Part shown: positions 39,941 to 54,205 of the stretch, one piece after another
Position numbering within the stretch: the stretch's first letter is position 1
How the letters are laid out: each line of letters opens with the position of its first letter
NCBI RefSeq assembly: GCF_036321535.1
Contig: NC_087436.1
Location: 42,348,001-42,412,000 of the forward strand
Length of the DNA stretch: 64,000 bases
Origin: Camelus dromedarius
Taxonomy: Eukaryota
Direction of reading: 5' to 3'
Notes under the pieces: generated by a model
Told to the model about the DNA's origin: nothing
The model's input: the letters and a program-made list of their open reading frames with translations, nothing else
The model's database searches: none
Program-made: the position numbers and the translations under genes

Positions 39941-40489
39941 ATCACAAGTACTGTAGTTACTTAGCAGTCCCTCAAATCCTCTTCCTACCTTCTTTTCTCT
40001 TGTTTTCTGCTTATTCCCTATCAAATTGGAGATTATCAGATCTCAGTTATTTAAGTCATGAGACAAAGTTATCAATCTTCATCCTGGCTCCCTTGAAATG
40101 TCAGTACTGGAGTCTAGATTGTGATCTGACAGACCAGACTGGGGACAGCAAGGATTAAAGCCAGAAATGATCTATCAATCAAGAAAGCCAATAAACTGGC
40201 TTTGCAGAGTAAGGGAGGTTAGATCTTGGGGTAAAGATGCTTTTGGCAGAAAACAGGCAGACATTTCCCCAGGCAGTAGAGCATAGCATTGAAAGAATGT
40301 GAAGTAGAAGGCACACTGAAATTTAGACACAGTAATCACTTACATTGGAATCTTGGGGATTGATTTAAAGTCTCTCAAGAACTGGTTATGCACAAAGGTG
40401 CAGGATTGGGCAAATCCATCCTAGAGAGAGACAGAGACTTACGCATTGTAGAGGACACGCCAATATAGATTCTTCCTTCCCCTTTACCA

Positions 40490-41490
40490 CCAATAACACA
40501 ATATAAGAATGTATCTTTCTGCACAAAGTCCATGTTCTTCACATGAAGTTGACCCACTCCTAGTTCCAGGAGAAGGGCTGACTGGCTAAAAGTGGTCCAT
40601 TTCCTTTTACGTTGTTTGGTGAATACGAAGCAATACATGATACTTTCCTGACCTAGTGTAAGGGTCTGGCTCAGTAATTGACTTAAGAGTCTCTCTGTGC
40701 TAATAAGAGGCAAATGAAGACACGCTGGGGGTTTGGGGAAAGAGGTTTTCTCATTCTCATTCGATTTGTTGCCAAAAACTGGTCCACTCTACAGTTTGGA
40801 ATGATGTGGTATGAGACTTAATCCCAGAAATGCTACAGCCATTTTTCCTTTCTGTTGGGAAGTCCATCATAGCAAAGAATGCTATATGATCACCAAAACC
40901 AGTTTTCTTTTCCTCCCTGGGGCTATGAGAGTTTCTGTGCCCTATGCACTTAGGGATACCCTATATCCAAGTGACTAAATTCTGGTGCCCGCAGTGTAAA
41001 CTGAAATGTTTGTGTCACTTCTGAGCAAAGTGGTAATAAGGAGGTATGCTCCCCCATGCTCTCTTTTGCCCAACTGTAGAAAACTCTGAGGACTCAGAAG
41101 AGAGTGGAACCACACATTGGGAGGAACCTGGGTCCCTAAATAACAACACAGAAGGCTGATCAATCGCAAACATTCGTATCAGCTGATGATATGACCAGGA
41201 AGTTAATCTCTACTGTGTAAAGTCTCTAAGAATTCAGGACTTACCTATTGCAGTGGCAAACTAAACTATTTGCCTTAGAATTAAGCTGAGGCAAGGAAGA
41301 CAGAGTAGAAGTGGAAAAGCAAGCAGGTCTCTGATGACACATTTGAGCTGCTGAATCAAACAATCCCTGAAACTCAAACTATCTTGAATCTTCCAGTAAT
41401 GGGAAAAAATAAATCGTCATTACTATTTAAATAGTGTGCATTGGGTTTTCTGTTACTTTCAGCTGAAAGTTAATTTTGTGAAGACTGACA
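40490..41490 (+). mobile_element. Nested MaLR LTRs (MLT1J-like inside MLT1K-like)
   Basis: Outer: ctacagccattttt..ctgatgacacatttgagctgctgaatcaa..ttgggttttctgttacttt. Inner (about 40870-41270): gtgactaaattctgg..gtgtcacttctgagc..ggaggaacctgggtccct. Confidence 0.65.
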
Positions 41491-44167
41491 CAAAAACCAA
41501 TCAGGGGATGAGGTTATAAGGCTAAGCCAAGCCACAAAGAACACGGCAAAGAGATGCTGAACAGAATAGGATGCAAGACGAGTAGGTTTCTAGCAATAAA
41601 GTATTAGAGCCAATTTGATGCTGAACTGCAAGCTATGAATCCATGGATCTTTGTATTATTTTTATGCCCTTGAGCCAAAATTATCCACTAGGTTGGGTTA
41701 GAGCTAAGACTGTATGTAGGTGAAGGCCTAGTAGCCCCAGGTATAGGGAGGTGTACAAGCAGGAAACCTGCTTCCCATTACACCAGAAACATAAATCAGG
41801 AACTGGCTGGCCTGCAGCTGATGGAAGTCTACTCCAAGTGGCTGATAAGGACAGAACATCCTTTTTAGTGTCTGTTCTGCACTAGTGAAGAACTAACCTA
41901 TCGATCCCTGCCAGTCCAGCCACTTTATCTCTTCTGTTTATCCTTTATATAGTCTTTCCTATATTGGTAATTGTGAATATTTCACTCTCTCTGATACTCT
42001 GTACATATTTTCTGATACATTTGATTTTTCTCATTAGTACAGTTCATATTTTAATATTTAAGTCCCTTGTATTATATACTGGTGTGTATATCCCTGCTTC
42101 CTCTATCATTTTGGCCTCTAATAATACTACTTATGAGAAACTATGTCCCTGTGATACATACTTTGCATTATTAAAAATGTAATGTTAATATTATAGTAGT
42201 ATCTTTCTTTACCAATGAAAAACCCTTGATTATTTCAAGCAGCCTGTAATGATAATGCTTTTTGCATATTCAAGGAAAATAGGTTAACAGTAATGAAGAT
42301 CTTTGTTCAATAAGCAACATAATTTATCTGAGAGAATTAGATCACATTTTAAATCTTTCCCTAAAATCTAATAGAAAAGTTTATCTTCCCCTTGGGTCTA
42401 TTGTTTTCCCTGTAAATTATGATAACTTTTAGGGTTGTTAAATTTTTCTTTAATTGTGTTATCTGAGATTCCAGAGACAGCGTAGCTTTATAACTGCAGC
42501 TGCAAGTGACCAAGTTAATAGCACTCAACTGTGGTCCTGAGGAAGGACTGGACAGGAGCCTAGTTTAAACTTTTCCGTAGTTAATCATGAAGAGAATGAG
42601 GAGATAAAATCACAACTAAATCAGGAAAATATCTGAAGCTCAGTAAGGCAGGATTTCACACACAGTCATTTGAATTTGTTCAATACAAATGTAGAAATAA
42701 AAATATAATTCAAACAATAGCCCAGACTACCTTTCAGTAAGTCAAGGAATATATTTTGAGGATCTTTCAGTGAATAGTTCTGTTCTTGGACCTCTAGTAA
42801 ACTAGCAGATATTAGATGCAGTCTCTTCCCTCAGGCAACTTAAAACTCAATAACTTTATTCAGGATTTAGTGTTCCTATTGGGGAAAAAAACCCTACAAT
42901 GTAATAAAATGAAAAATTACACCAAACATAAAAGAAATGAATTGTTTTAGACAAAGCACAGACTCTCTAAGAGCCTGAGGGGCTCATTTTTCATATAAGA
43001 ATTACATGTTTTTCTGCACCTGCAGAATCTGGACGCTGTGAGTTCAGCAGGTTACTACGAATCAGATAACCATTCCAGCTGCTACACATGCAAAGAGCTT
43101 AACTAAAATGAAAAAATTTTAACACACTGAAATTATTACATGATGGTCGGCAGAATTTTCCAAATTCTATTACTGAATAGACAATTGTCTAAGGAATCCT
43201 TTGTATTGCTTTTGCATACAAGAGCAAAGAATATTTCATTCACTTTTTTTTTTTTAAGATTGAAGGACTAAAATCCCAGATGGATGTTTAAATAAATTTT
43301 CAGTGGAAGAACCATTTATTCTGGTATACCATAATGGATTTGAGCAACCTGAATGTGACCTTGGTTAAAAGCTGTTAAAATAAAGAGATTGTGGTGGAAA
43401 TCTTAAAATCAGTTTTAAGTAACAAATAATAGTTCATTATTCAGCTCAACCAAATACAGGAAAATGCTATTTTATTTTTTATCATTCTCAAATTTTTAGT
43501 TGAAGGTTTTAAAAACTGAAATGAAAGTTTTTAGAACACTTTCCAAGTATCAGCCTGATAAATGGAATTCAGACAGCAAAAACCTTAAGCTAAATAAAAA
43601 TCTTGATCTACATTGATTCATGAGCTTGTCTTCAACTAGTACAAAAAGCAGAAAGCATTGTAAATCATACTGTTTGTGGTGAAAATGATTTCACCATTGA
43701 AGTTTCCCAATTTTCCCATACATAAATGGACAAGTTAGATTTAAAAAAATAAACTGCAACATTTTAAGTTCCACAAAGATTCTGGGGTATTTGTATATCA
43801 CATTACTGAGTTCACATTTCCTTAATGGGACAGAGTAGTTTACATTTTGCAGAAGAGCTCTGTTATCTATTATTTTTCTAAGACAGCGTCTTATTTCTTG
43901 TGAACGTTGCCTGGTTTAAGGAATAGAAAAGGGTGAATGTAAGGGTATTGGTTCAGAACTGGAGGAATTTTGCTTTCTGAAGGAAAGGGCTGTTGAATAC
44001 TTGGTTAACTTGAAATCATGATAGCCCTTTTCTCATTCTGAAGCAAGACATTTACTTTCTCATACCTTTAGCTGAAGAAAGAGCAAACTCTAGCATTTTT
44101 CTTAGAAAGAAGTAGTAATTATTCTTATTTCTATTCTTGTTATACTCCATCCTTTGAAGGAAGGTAA

Positions 44168-44320
44168 AATGGATTGAATGCTTGAGTCCCTCAAAAATTC
44201 ATGTGTTGAAGCTCTAGTCCCAATATGATGGTATTTGGAAGTGAGGTCTTTGAGAGGTATTAACCTTGTTTATAAACCGCCAGTTTGCAGGATTTTGTTT
44301 TAACAGCAAGAGCTGACTTA
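44168..44320 (+). mobile_element. Internally deleted MLT1A-like LTR
   Basis: atggattgaatg..aaaattcatgtgttgaagc..cccaatatgatggtatttggaagtg joined directly to the 3' end ttgtttataaacc..acagcaagagctgact. Confidence 0.7.
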
Positions 44321-44836
44321 GAAAGAGCATACCCAGAACTGACCCGGTACTCACACTGAGGCCATGATGTTCTTCTGTTGAACATAATCCCACAACCAAC
44401 ATCAGAGAAGGCTACTCTGTGACCATGGTGAATTGTGACAAAACCAGTACTAGTTCTAAATCATGTTTGAGCACAGATATACACTAGATCAGTATGAAAA
44501 CACCAAAAAGACCAAACACCTCCTTCTCCCAGCTGACATGAGTGACTGTGACTTTTTAAACGTTAAACCAATTACGGCTTTAGCCTCACTCTTCTAGCTT
44601 CCGAGATAAAATTTATTGATATTCAATCATAGAATTATTCCTTCTTTCTGACAGCTTCCTTGAACCCTCCGCCAAATTATCTATCACAAGCTCAAATCCT
44701 ATAATGAGTTCCTTCTACTACCTTCTTACTGAGGTTCCCCCATTCCCCATGGTACAAGGTGTCTGCAACAAATACCATTAAACCCGTTTGTTTGACTACA
44801 GATGTGTTCTTTGGTGGTCTTTGACTAATGGGCACC
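44321..44836 (+). mobile_element. ERV1-class solo LTR (MER90/MER110-like)
   Basis: gaccaaaca..atgagtgactg..ccaattacggctttagcctc..caatcatagaatt..cttccttgaaccctcc..caaatcctataat..ggtggtctttg. Confidence 0.7.
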
Positions 44837-45144
44837 AACTTTATGCCTTAGTAATGTAGTACATTTCATTTGTCAGGACAACTTTGTCTTTGATTAACCA
44901 CATACAATCTAAAGTGTTTGAAACCCAGGTTCTACATGCAGATTCAAGAAGCCCAAACTTCAAAGGCTGTAATTATCTGGTTTACTTTTCCAGCCAGCAT
45001 TACTTATCTCTGCCCTGTTATAGATAAACTGTTCTCTTTGAGCCATCAATAGACAGCCCTCTCTCTGAGCATTAGACAATGAAATAGGAAAAAACAAAAA
45101 AAAAACCTTCTTAAAAAGATGTATTTGTTATGCACAAGGTAATA

Positions 45145-45295
45145 CTTTGTGGAGATAGAAGTGATGTTTATGTTGATTGTGGTGATAATGGTCGATTGTG
45201 GTGATAATGACTGTAAGAATTGTTTAAAATTCATAGAACTCTACACTAGAAGAATGGATTTTAATATATTTAAAGTGGACATCAATAAACCTGAC
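45145..45295 (+). mobile_element. L1M 3' terminal fragment
   Basis: ttgattgtggtgat..aaaattcatagaactctacact..atggatttta..tcaataaacctgac. Confidence 0.65.
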
Positions 45296-46250
45296 CCTCA
45301 CCAAAAAGGTGCATTTGTGATTTGCATTAACAAATAAGGCATAGATGCAAGACAAATGAAAATAATCAAGGAACCCACTCACTGTGTCATTTAAAAATAT
45401 TCATATACTCAAGTGTAAGAACTACTTTAGGATATTTTATGTATTCAGCTAGGGCCCATAGTCTGATGATCAATGAATGCAACTGCTCACATGTTGTAAA
45501 TGTGTAATAAAGTCCTGATTAATGTAAGGCAAGTTAATAACAGAAATCAAGTGATGTTTTCATACCATTTGATGGCATTAACTCTGAACAACATAAAGAG
45601 CCCAAATGCTGCCCTGCCAAATCACTCACGCTCAATCTTACTTGGTTTCCAAGTAGTTATACACAAAGAACACAAGCTGAATAGAGATCAAATGGTCTTT
45701 AACTTCATACCTGAACAGGAATCAATGCAGATTTCTGGTAAAGGATTAGTTGATACATAGAAAACACACAGAGTCTAAGCTTAAAGCTTGAGGGAACTGC
45801 TGCATTACTCTTAAATATTAGTATTGGGAGCAATATGTCCAGTTGTGTCTTAGAGGTGGAAAAAAATGAGACAAAGAGATGGGGGGAGGGGAAAGATGGA
45901 GACAGAGAGAGAGGTTGGATTAATTAAATTCCAAATCTCATGTTATCCCATTTTTTGAATATCTGAATGTTTAACAGAAACTAAAAGACTATCTCAAAAC
46001 TAGTTCTCTACAAAAAAAAATCATTAAAAAAATGCAAGTTCTTAAAAGAAGCTATTTCAAACAAAATGATGGTATTAGCCAGGAATTCAACTCTACTGAC
46101 TTATATAAAAATACAAAATGTAATGTCGCTTATGGCAGAATGAGCTATGATGCTTCTGGATCTAGGGGCTCAAACTGTGTCATCAAGCCTCTCTCTTCCC
46201 TTTTCCATCTCCTGGGCTCTCAATTCTTCCAAGTAGGATTCATTACGTAA

Positions 46251-46300
46251 AATAATAATAATAATAATAACAACAACAACAACAATAACAGTAATAATAA
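46251..46300 (+). repeat. (AAT)n-(AAC)n microsatellite
   Basis: Directly visible. Confidence 0.9.
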
Positions 46301-46304
46301 AACC

Positions 46305-46613
46305 CAGAAACTTCAATTAGAGTTGAGAGGCCAGTAGCGGGAGCCCTCACACTCCGGGAGGATAACAGAGCCTAACAGGAAGAAGACTTTTTTCTTTTCT
46401 GGCAAGGGCTCAACCAATGAAAAGCCATGGACCCTTTGTTGACTTTAGTCCCCCCAGCTTCCTTTTTTCTTTCTGCAAAAGCATTCTCCTTTCTTTGCCT
46501 GGAGACTTGCACATGTCTTACCATGGTTGTGGACCTTGAACTGCAATTCTATGATAATCCTGAATAAAGCCATATTTGCCAGTGAAGTACCTGACAGTCT
46601 ATTTAAGTCAACA
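46305..46613 (+). mobile_element. ERV1-class solo LTR (MER34-like)
   Basis: CCAAT box (caaccaatgaaaag), gaactgcaattct..tgaataaa poly(A) signal, terminus gtcaaca. Confidence 0.65.
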
Positions 46614-48534
46614 ATTCACAAGCAGGCCATTCAACATGGTGGCCCTCAGCAGCTTCAAGTTTACAAAATTCTTCAAGGTAGTATTTCCAGCAGAAAGAGA
46701 TGCGCTCTTCCAAAGAGTTACAGACACAAAAACTGAAGATTTAGCCTCATTGAACTGATATATCACATGCTCATCAAAGATCAGAGCAGAGACGTGATAT
46801 TTTCCGGGAAAATAGGGATGGAGAAAAGATAAAAGAAAATCTTGGTTTAACATTATCCAGAATATCAGTTTGGGAATACTAGTTGTCCAGAATTCATAAC
46901 AAACTCATTTAAGGGAAAATTCTATTAAATAATTAATTTTATTGCCAGATGTTTTCACTATGTAGAATCCAAAATTCTGTGCTTTTGCTGTTGAATCTTC
47001 ATAATCTCTGCCTCCAGTGCCTCAGTGAGAATTAATGTGGCCTCTGCCATGAACTTTGTTCCCAAATCTTATGGTAGCCAAAGCCCTTGCTAACTGTTGG
47101 CATTTCTTAATTTCCCATAATGTTAGAAGGTATATTTGAAGCAATGACCTCTACCCTATGTTAGTCCTCAAACATTGCTTTTCTTCTTCTTTTTATGAAC
47201 TTATTCCTGAGGTATCATAAAGTCCTTTCTCCCTCCTTATTTCTGGCTATAGTAAGACCTGACTTTCAACAAAGAAATTTTCTTAGCCTCAAGAAATGGA
47301 AAGGAGGAGAAAAGACAAAAAAATGAAAAAGAAACTCACATATAAACACTGAAAATAAAATAAAATCTTCTGATTCTAAGGCTTCCAATCTCATGTCACA
47401 TAGCAATTCTAGGAATTAACAATAAAGATGCCAAAAATCTTTTTACCCCTAATCTCTGTTAGAGATTTCTCTGCACCAGATAATCTTGTTTAAGAAAAAA
47501 GCTTTTTATAAAGTGTTTTATGGTGAGTTTAATCAGTCACTAGTAAGAACCTTTCCTTCTTATCTACAGAGTTTCTAAAGAAGAGCAAGAAAATAAATAT
47601 TTATATCTGGTCAACTTGGGATCCCTTTTCTCACTTCAAGGTCTCAAATAACCCTGCTCTGCAGCCCAGGTGAATCACTCTTCTTGCAAACCACAAACAC
47701 CAGCTGTTATATTTCCCTGACGTCTTTGACCTCCTCATAGAGTATCTTACTCCAAAATGCTGGCCTCTCTGTAGCTCCATATTTGGGATTGAGAAAGTAG
47801 CAACGAGGATTCATTTGGATGTTAATTTGATGGTATTAGAATGTTCAAATCATGAGCACGGTGTTTTGTGCAAGTGACAGGTGCTTCTGTGTGATTGTAG
47901 CTTGGAGGGTGACCAGTATGAGAATGTTGAGTCTGAAAAGACATGTTAAGGCTGCATTTATGTTACTTGGGCCATGCTACCTAGGTTTTACTCTATAGGC
48001 AATGGGGAGATTCCCAAAGTAAAAGATACGATGTTTGTATTAAATTCAGCATTAAAAAGAAATATATTTCAATTTTATTAAAGATTTATGTCCCTAATTG
48101 GCATTGTAATCAGTTTAAAAGAGTATATGAGTAATATAAGAGCATGCTTTCAGAGTTAGCTTTTTACATTTAATATCAAAGCCAATTAGAGATAGGAAAT
48201 TACTTTCATTTGGGCTACTTTGTTATATTATGAAAGTCTCTCAATATCTTATTGGTAATATTTTTAGACAAATACTGAGAATGTTACTTAACTCCAGGAG
48301 TTAATCCCTAAGAAAGTATCACCAAATTTTGCTGATATTCAAACAATTAAACTATGATTTAAGCCACTGAAGAGGATCTTTTAATCACTGTATCAACAAC
48401 ATAGATCCAGAGTATCTTTTTGAAATGACCCTGCATTCACAGGCTCCATTAGATCAGTCTGCAAAGTGCATCACCAAGAGTCATATGAAGTTCCTCTGAT
48501 GGCAAGAAATAGAAATCCATTCAAATAAACAATG

Positions 48535-48909
48535 TTCTGGTCCACTTGGGCCTCTATAACAAAATACCGTAGCCTGTGGCTTATAAACAACAGAAATTTG
48601 TTTCTTAATAATTACGGAGGATGGAAGCCCAAGATCAGGGTGCCGGTATTGGCAGTGAGGGCCCTCTGCTGAGCCTCAGGCTTCTTGTTGTATCCTCACT
48701 GGCAGAAGGGGAAGAGGGATCTCTCTGGAGCATCTTTTACAAGGGCACTTACCCCATTCAGGAGGGCTCTGCCCTCATGACCTAATCACCTCCCCAGAGC
48801 TTACCCTTCTAATGCTATCACTTGGTGGGGCAGGGCAGGGGGAGAGGGTGTCACATCTTCAGCATGTGTTTGGAAGGGACTGGGAGACACAAACATTCAG
48901 ACCACAGCA
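48535..48909 (-). mobile_element. MLT1A-like solo LTR
   Basis: ctataacaaaatacc..ggcttataaacaacagaaatt..ccaagatcagggtgcc..gccctcatgacctaatcacctccc..acacaaacattcagaccacagca. Confidence 0.88.
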
Positions 48910-50099
48910 AAGAGGAAATTTACTGAAGGGATATGGGGGAAAAGCACAAGGAATCTTGTAAAAGTGAGTCATGGACTGTGAAACCTTCAGGGCCTGCGGC
49001 AGCCATTCTTCCCATTTCTCTGGAGTCACATTTTTCCTCATCACTCCTGTTTTGGCATGTCTCTTACTTCTTGCTACAAACTGACCTAGTATTACTCACA
49101 AAACCCCACATGGCTTACAACGGCCACTGTGGCTCTGAATCATATTTTCTGGATGCCTTGTTTCAAACTGGTATGAAAGAATTCTGATTGGTCACTGGTC
49201 ATTCGTTGCCTTGTTATTCTTGGATTCTCCGACTTCCTGGCCACATGCTCCTCACAAAGCTGACTAGAGTCCACTGTACACAGACAGAGCTGGTGTGGAA
49301 AGTTCCTAATGAAGGGGAAGAGGGTGGGGAGTAGTCTCCTAAAGTGGTTGACAACCTTTTGTTTAAATAAATGATAACAATGAATAGGCTATAATGGTTA
49401 TTTTAGTTTTGATCTAACCTAGTGCTAGACTTTATACTCCAGTTAAGATTAATAAACGAAACCTTGAATTAGTCACATTTTTTTCTCCTTCCATAAGTCC
49501 AAATCCAAGTACAATGGCTGAAATCAAGAGGAAGAGAGTCACTTAAAGAATAAATCATTAGACTTAAAAGTTTTAATGACTTTTACCTTGGAGTTATATA
49601 ATTTTTATCTCATTATTTGGAATAATTATTTTGTTAAAACTAGATTTTTAAATTTAGAAAAATGTTATGAAATAAATTTATAAAGAAATGAGGTTATGCA
49701 GAAGAGCAAAAATAGACATCACCATGGTAACTAGATTTTTACACATGCACTAATTGTGCTTCTGTGATAAACAACAAACAAATATTTAGTGGAAAAGAAA
49801 AACTCATATTTTGAATAAGACAGGTAACTCTAGTTATTGTTTTCAGTGTGACTAAAAAAACCCTCAAATGCGACAGTCACAAAAAATATTTTTTCTCTCT
49901 TTTCTGCCCTTTGATTCATGTCCATTTAAATAATCAGACAGTTGAAGTCAGGAATACACTTTTATAATAAAGCAAAATGACAAGATTCTGTCATGCTTGA
50001 TTGCCGCCTTCTCCTTATTCCCCCTCAGGTATAAAAGTAGAACATGAACAAATATAAATAAGAAATTCTTAACAGAATTAGGCTGATTTTTAAATAAAA

Positions 50100-50270
50100 T
50101 CACTCCTAGAATTTTGAGAACTTACGTTGCTTCAGGCAACATGCCAAATGCTTTACATACATGATCACGGTTCATTTAAAAACAACCCTGTGGTTGGAAG
50201 TTCTATTATTACACTTTACATTTCTACAAACGAGGAAACTGAGGCTCACAGAGATGAATTAACAGATACT
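50100..50270 (-). mobile_element. MIR SINE
   Basis: tgctttacatac..acaaccctgtg..tacaaacgaggaaactgaggctcacagag. Confidence 0.75.
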
Positions 50271-51850
50271 AAACTGTGGAGCCTGGAGAAGAGAGTGAAG
50301 AAAGAAGGAAAATGTCAAGGGTGACTGGGAGGAGAGTATTCTGAAGGCAGTGGTTGCATGGAGAGAAGCTCTTGGCTAGAGTGACCATTTGTAAATAAAT
50401 GATCTCGTTAAATCAGGTATGGCTTGGTAGAAATTTCCCACACTTAGTCTTGAGGAACAAGCTTTAGGAAATGTTAATGACCGGGTTTACCACTCAACCC
50501 CCTAAATGTTGAAATACACTTCAGATGGAACAAGTTATGTAATTGTTTATTTGGCAGGCAAACTGCTCAAGCAGCATGACAATCCCATAAAACCTACTTG
50601 TACAATCTTGGGCAAATCACTCGAACTATCTAATTATCAGTCTATTTATCTGAAAACTAAGTTTCTAAGGGAACTGTAAGTTCTAATATTCCATAGTTTT
50701 ATGAGAATTTTTTTGGTTTGTCTCAACTCCTTTAACCTCCATTTATTTTCCTAAGAAGTCTGTTCATAAGTCTGTTTATGCAATCACACATTTGGCTTTG
50801 TACCAATCTTTTCACTTTTATTCATAGTTAAATAATTGAGACAGAGAGTGCAACGGTTATGAAACTAAAACATATAAAACTATTTACATTTTTTCTGCTT
50901 TAAAAAGTAAATATGTCAGTCTGAATTTTCTTCTCTCAAAAGCAGCTGTGGAAACGTAGCAAAACCATGTCATCTGTATAATATTCTTTCCCAAGAAAAT
51001 GAAGGTCACTTTGAACAAACAAATGATATTCTGTGGCAGGTGGGAGTATTCTGAGTCATTAAAACCACAGTAAATTTGAAGCACTTTAAACGTAAAAGGA
51101 TTGGGAAACAAACATGGCAAGAGAAAAATCCACAGAATTTAGAATTTACCACAGATCTTCAGAAATACTTCATCAAATAACGATTTAAAAAAGAGAAATG
51201 CAGTTAGTATTCCTAGTTGGTATTCCTAGTCATAATGAAGACCTACTAGACTACTGTCTAGGAGGCAGTTGGGTTTGATTCTAAAAGAAATTTTTACATG
51301 CATTCTCCATCTCCATTTACCATAAAACCACCATCATTGTGAATTTAGTCATGATAGGCTTTTGTGAGATGATCAGTAAAATACTTACCAGCAAAGCCTT
51401 AATTTATCGTAAAAGTTCAGACTGAAGTAGAGGTTCTTCCTAGAACTGGTTTACCCTTGTCCTAAAATGTAGCTCAAAGCCCACTTAATTATACATGGAG
51501 ATCTAATTAAATCAGAAATGCTGTTCTTGTCTCCCTGATACTTCATACCCCTAGTCACAACTGAGCAAAAGGTTTATGGACAATCAGTCAAGAATTACTA
51601 AAAATATTCCAAATGTTTAATTTTTGGTCATTCTATCTTTTTGATTAGATCAGCATTATTCCAACATGTTTTGGAGGAAAATATATTTCCCTCCTGCAGT
51701 TTTCAGATATTATCAGTGACCATTTACTAAGGTCCAAAATATTTTAATTAAACTGTTTGTTTTTAGGTTATTTGGTGAAAATTCATTGCACAGTACCTTA
51801 TGCTGTTTGGTAGATACATTTTCCCTGATATAAGAAAAGAATTTGATTTA

Positions 51851-52199
51851 CCCAAGACAAAAACAGACTCATAGATACAGAGAACAAATGGGTGGTTTCC
51901 ACAGGGGAGGGTGAGGTAGGGATGGGTGAAATAGGTGAAGGGAATTAAAAGGCACAAACCTTCAGTAATAAAATAAATAAGCTATGGGGATGTAACCTAC
52001 AGCATAAGAAATATGGTCAATAATATTACAATAACTTTGTATGGGGACAGAAGGTTACTAGACTTACCATGGTGATCATTTCATAATGTAAGCAAACGTC
52101 AAATCAGTATATTGTACATCTGAAACTAACATAACAGTGTACATCAACTATATTTCAATAAAAGTAAAAACAATGCAAGAAACAACAACAACAACAACA
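51851..52199 (+). mobile_element. 5'-truncated L1 3'UTR (L1MA9-like) with (AAC)n tail
   Basis: aacagactcatagatacagagaacaaa..ggtgaaataggtgaaggg..tgaaactaacata..aactatatttcaataaaa; 16-bp TSD aaaagaatttgattta (51835-51850) / aaaagtatttggttta (52200-52215). Confidence 0.92.
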
Positions 52200-52510
52200 A
52201 AAAGTATTTGGTTTATAGTAATTAAATATAAATTTTTTGAGAGCTCCTCCTATTTTCGAGAGAAAAGTTATTGGCACTCTACAGAACTAACGTCCTTAGG
52301 ATCATATTTTTTAAAATGCTAGGCAAGAGTTATAAGATTAAAAGATCCTTAAAATTCTATAAAAGATCCACCAATGATTTATTTTCATCTCTTTCCACGC
52401 TCTCATCATGTCCTACATTAACAGCAACACAGCCCCTGAGATGTTCCTTTCTATATTTTATAGACATGAAGAGCTGATCTGGGGTCATTCTCTGTTTCTC
52501 TGTTCATTTG

Positions 52511-52875
52511 TGTATCAGTTTGCTAGGGCTGCCATAACAAAATACCACAGGCTGGGTGGCTTAAACAAAAGTAATTTATTTTTCACAGTTCTAGAGATTG
52601 GAAGCCCAAGATTCAGGTGTAGGCAGGTTGGCTTGCAGGGAGCTACCTTCTCACTGTGTCCTTGCGTGGTCTTTCTTCTGCAGGTGTGCCCCTTATGTCT
52701 CTGAGTCCAGATTTCCTCTTCTTATAAAGACACCAATCAGATTGCATTAGAGCCCACCTATGCGACCCCGTTTAACTTGATTACCTCTTTAAAGGCCCTA
52801 ACTTCTAAAACAGTCACGTTCTAAGGTTAGGACTATAACATGAATTCAAATAGGGAACACATTCAGGCCATAACA
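52511..52875 (-). mobile_element. MLT1B-like solo LTR
   Basis: tgtatcagtttgctagggctgccataacaaaataccacaggctgggtggcttaaacaa..tttcctcttcttataaagacacc..attcaggccataaca. Confidence 0.88.
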
Positions 52876-52879
52876 ACGT

Positions 52880-54205
52880 GTAATGTGCTCTTTCCCCAAC
52901 TCCACTCGATGGCTCCTTTTATATTTTCTCCTTATCACTAGTTTTCAGAATTTTGCATGATGGGCTTTGGTGTGATTTTCCTTGTGTTTACCCTGCTTGG
53001 GCTTTATTGTGTTTCTTGGATCTGTGGGTTTATACTTTTTATTAAATTCAGAAAACTTTTGACCATTTTTTTCTTCAAATATATTTTAGGTTCTCCCTTT
53101 ACTTCTGGATATTTATTTACACATACTATTTTGTATCTCAGTGAACTAGTTGAGTCTTGTGCCCTCCTTTCTACTGTTTTTATTTAGCCTGTTTAACACC
53201 AATTTTTAAAAGTTTATTTGTAAACATTGTTAGTTCCTTTTCTATGGATTGGTATACTGGATTTATTTCCTTTCAGTTTATCATTTGTCTTTTGAATTTT
53301 TTTGTCGTAGTTGGTTGTTTGGAATTTTGGAGGGCATGCAGAAGTGTTTTTTAAAAAGTTAATTGAATTTACCCATCTTTTTTTCTTGTTTCTGATTTTG
53401 GATAGTAGTTAGAAAGATATTCCCTATGTCTAGAATAAGGGATTTGCATGTTTTTTTCTAGTACTTCTATGTTATTTTTTATATTTAATTTTCTGATTTA
53501 TTTGGAGTTCATTTTTTACATGTTGCAAAGTATAGTTTCAAGTTTAATTTTTTTCACTATTATTTGTTCCAACATCTTTTATTAAAATACTACCTTTCTG
53601 CAATTGCCTAGATATTCCACATTTATCATATACTAAATTTCCATGTGGATGTGAGTCTATTTCTGACTTTGCTATTCTTTTCCTTTAGTCTTCTGTTAAA
53701 GTGTCAGTATCACACTATTTTAAATATGGAAGCTTTACAGCACATTTTAATAACTATTAAACTAATGACCTGCAATTAATATTCTACTTCAAGATTTTAC
53801 AAGCAAATATTGTATCTTGATTATTCAACATGAACTTTAGAGACAACTTGCTTAGCTCCAGGAAAAAAAAATAATTTGGTGGTATTTTAAATAAGCTCAC
53901 ATTAAATTTATAAGTTATCTAAAATATAATTATGCATGACAACTTTATATTGTTGAATTAAAACAACAAATGTATTTTCATTTGATGAAGCCTACTTTTG
54001 TGTTTTTCATATGTATTTTAAAGTTTTCCTTATACAGGTTTTACATATTTCTTAAGTTTATTCTTAAGTAACATCTCATATTGTAGCTATTGTAAATGGT
54101 TTTCTTTTCCATTATATTGTCTCATAATTGTTTGTGTATTCGTGGACTACTGATTTTGTGTGCTAACTTTGTTTTCTGCTATGTAATTAATTTATTGTTT
54201 GAGTT
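52880..54205 (-). mobile_element. Old L1 (L1ME-like) fragments
   Basis: T-rich antisense L1: tcttggatctgtgggtttat..tttcttcaaatat, catttatcatatactaaatttccat, gtagctattgtaaatgg. Confidence 0.75.

Noticed and set aside
43026..43106. Acceptor followed by NLDAVSSAGYYESDNHSSCYTCKELN*
   Set aside because: Looks like a terminal exon but matches no protein I recognise, and no upstream exons were identified.
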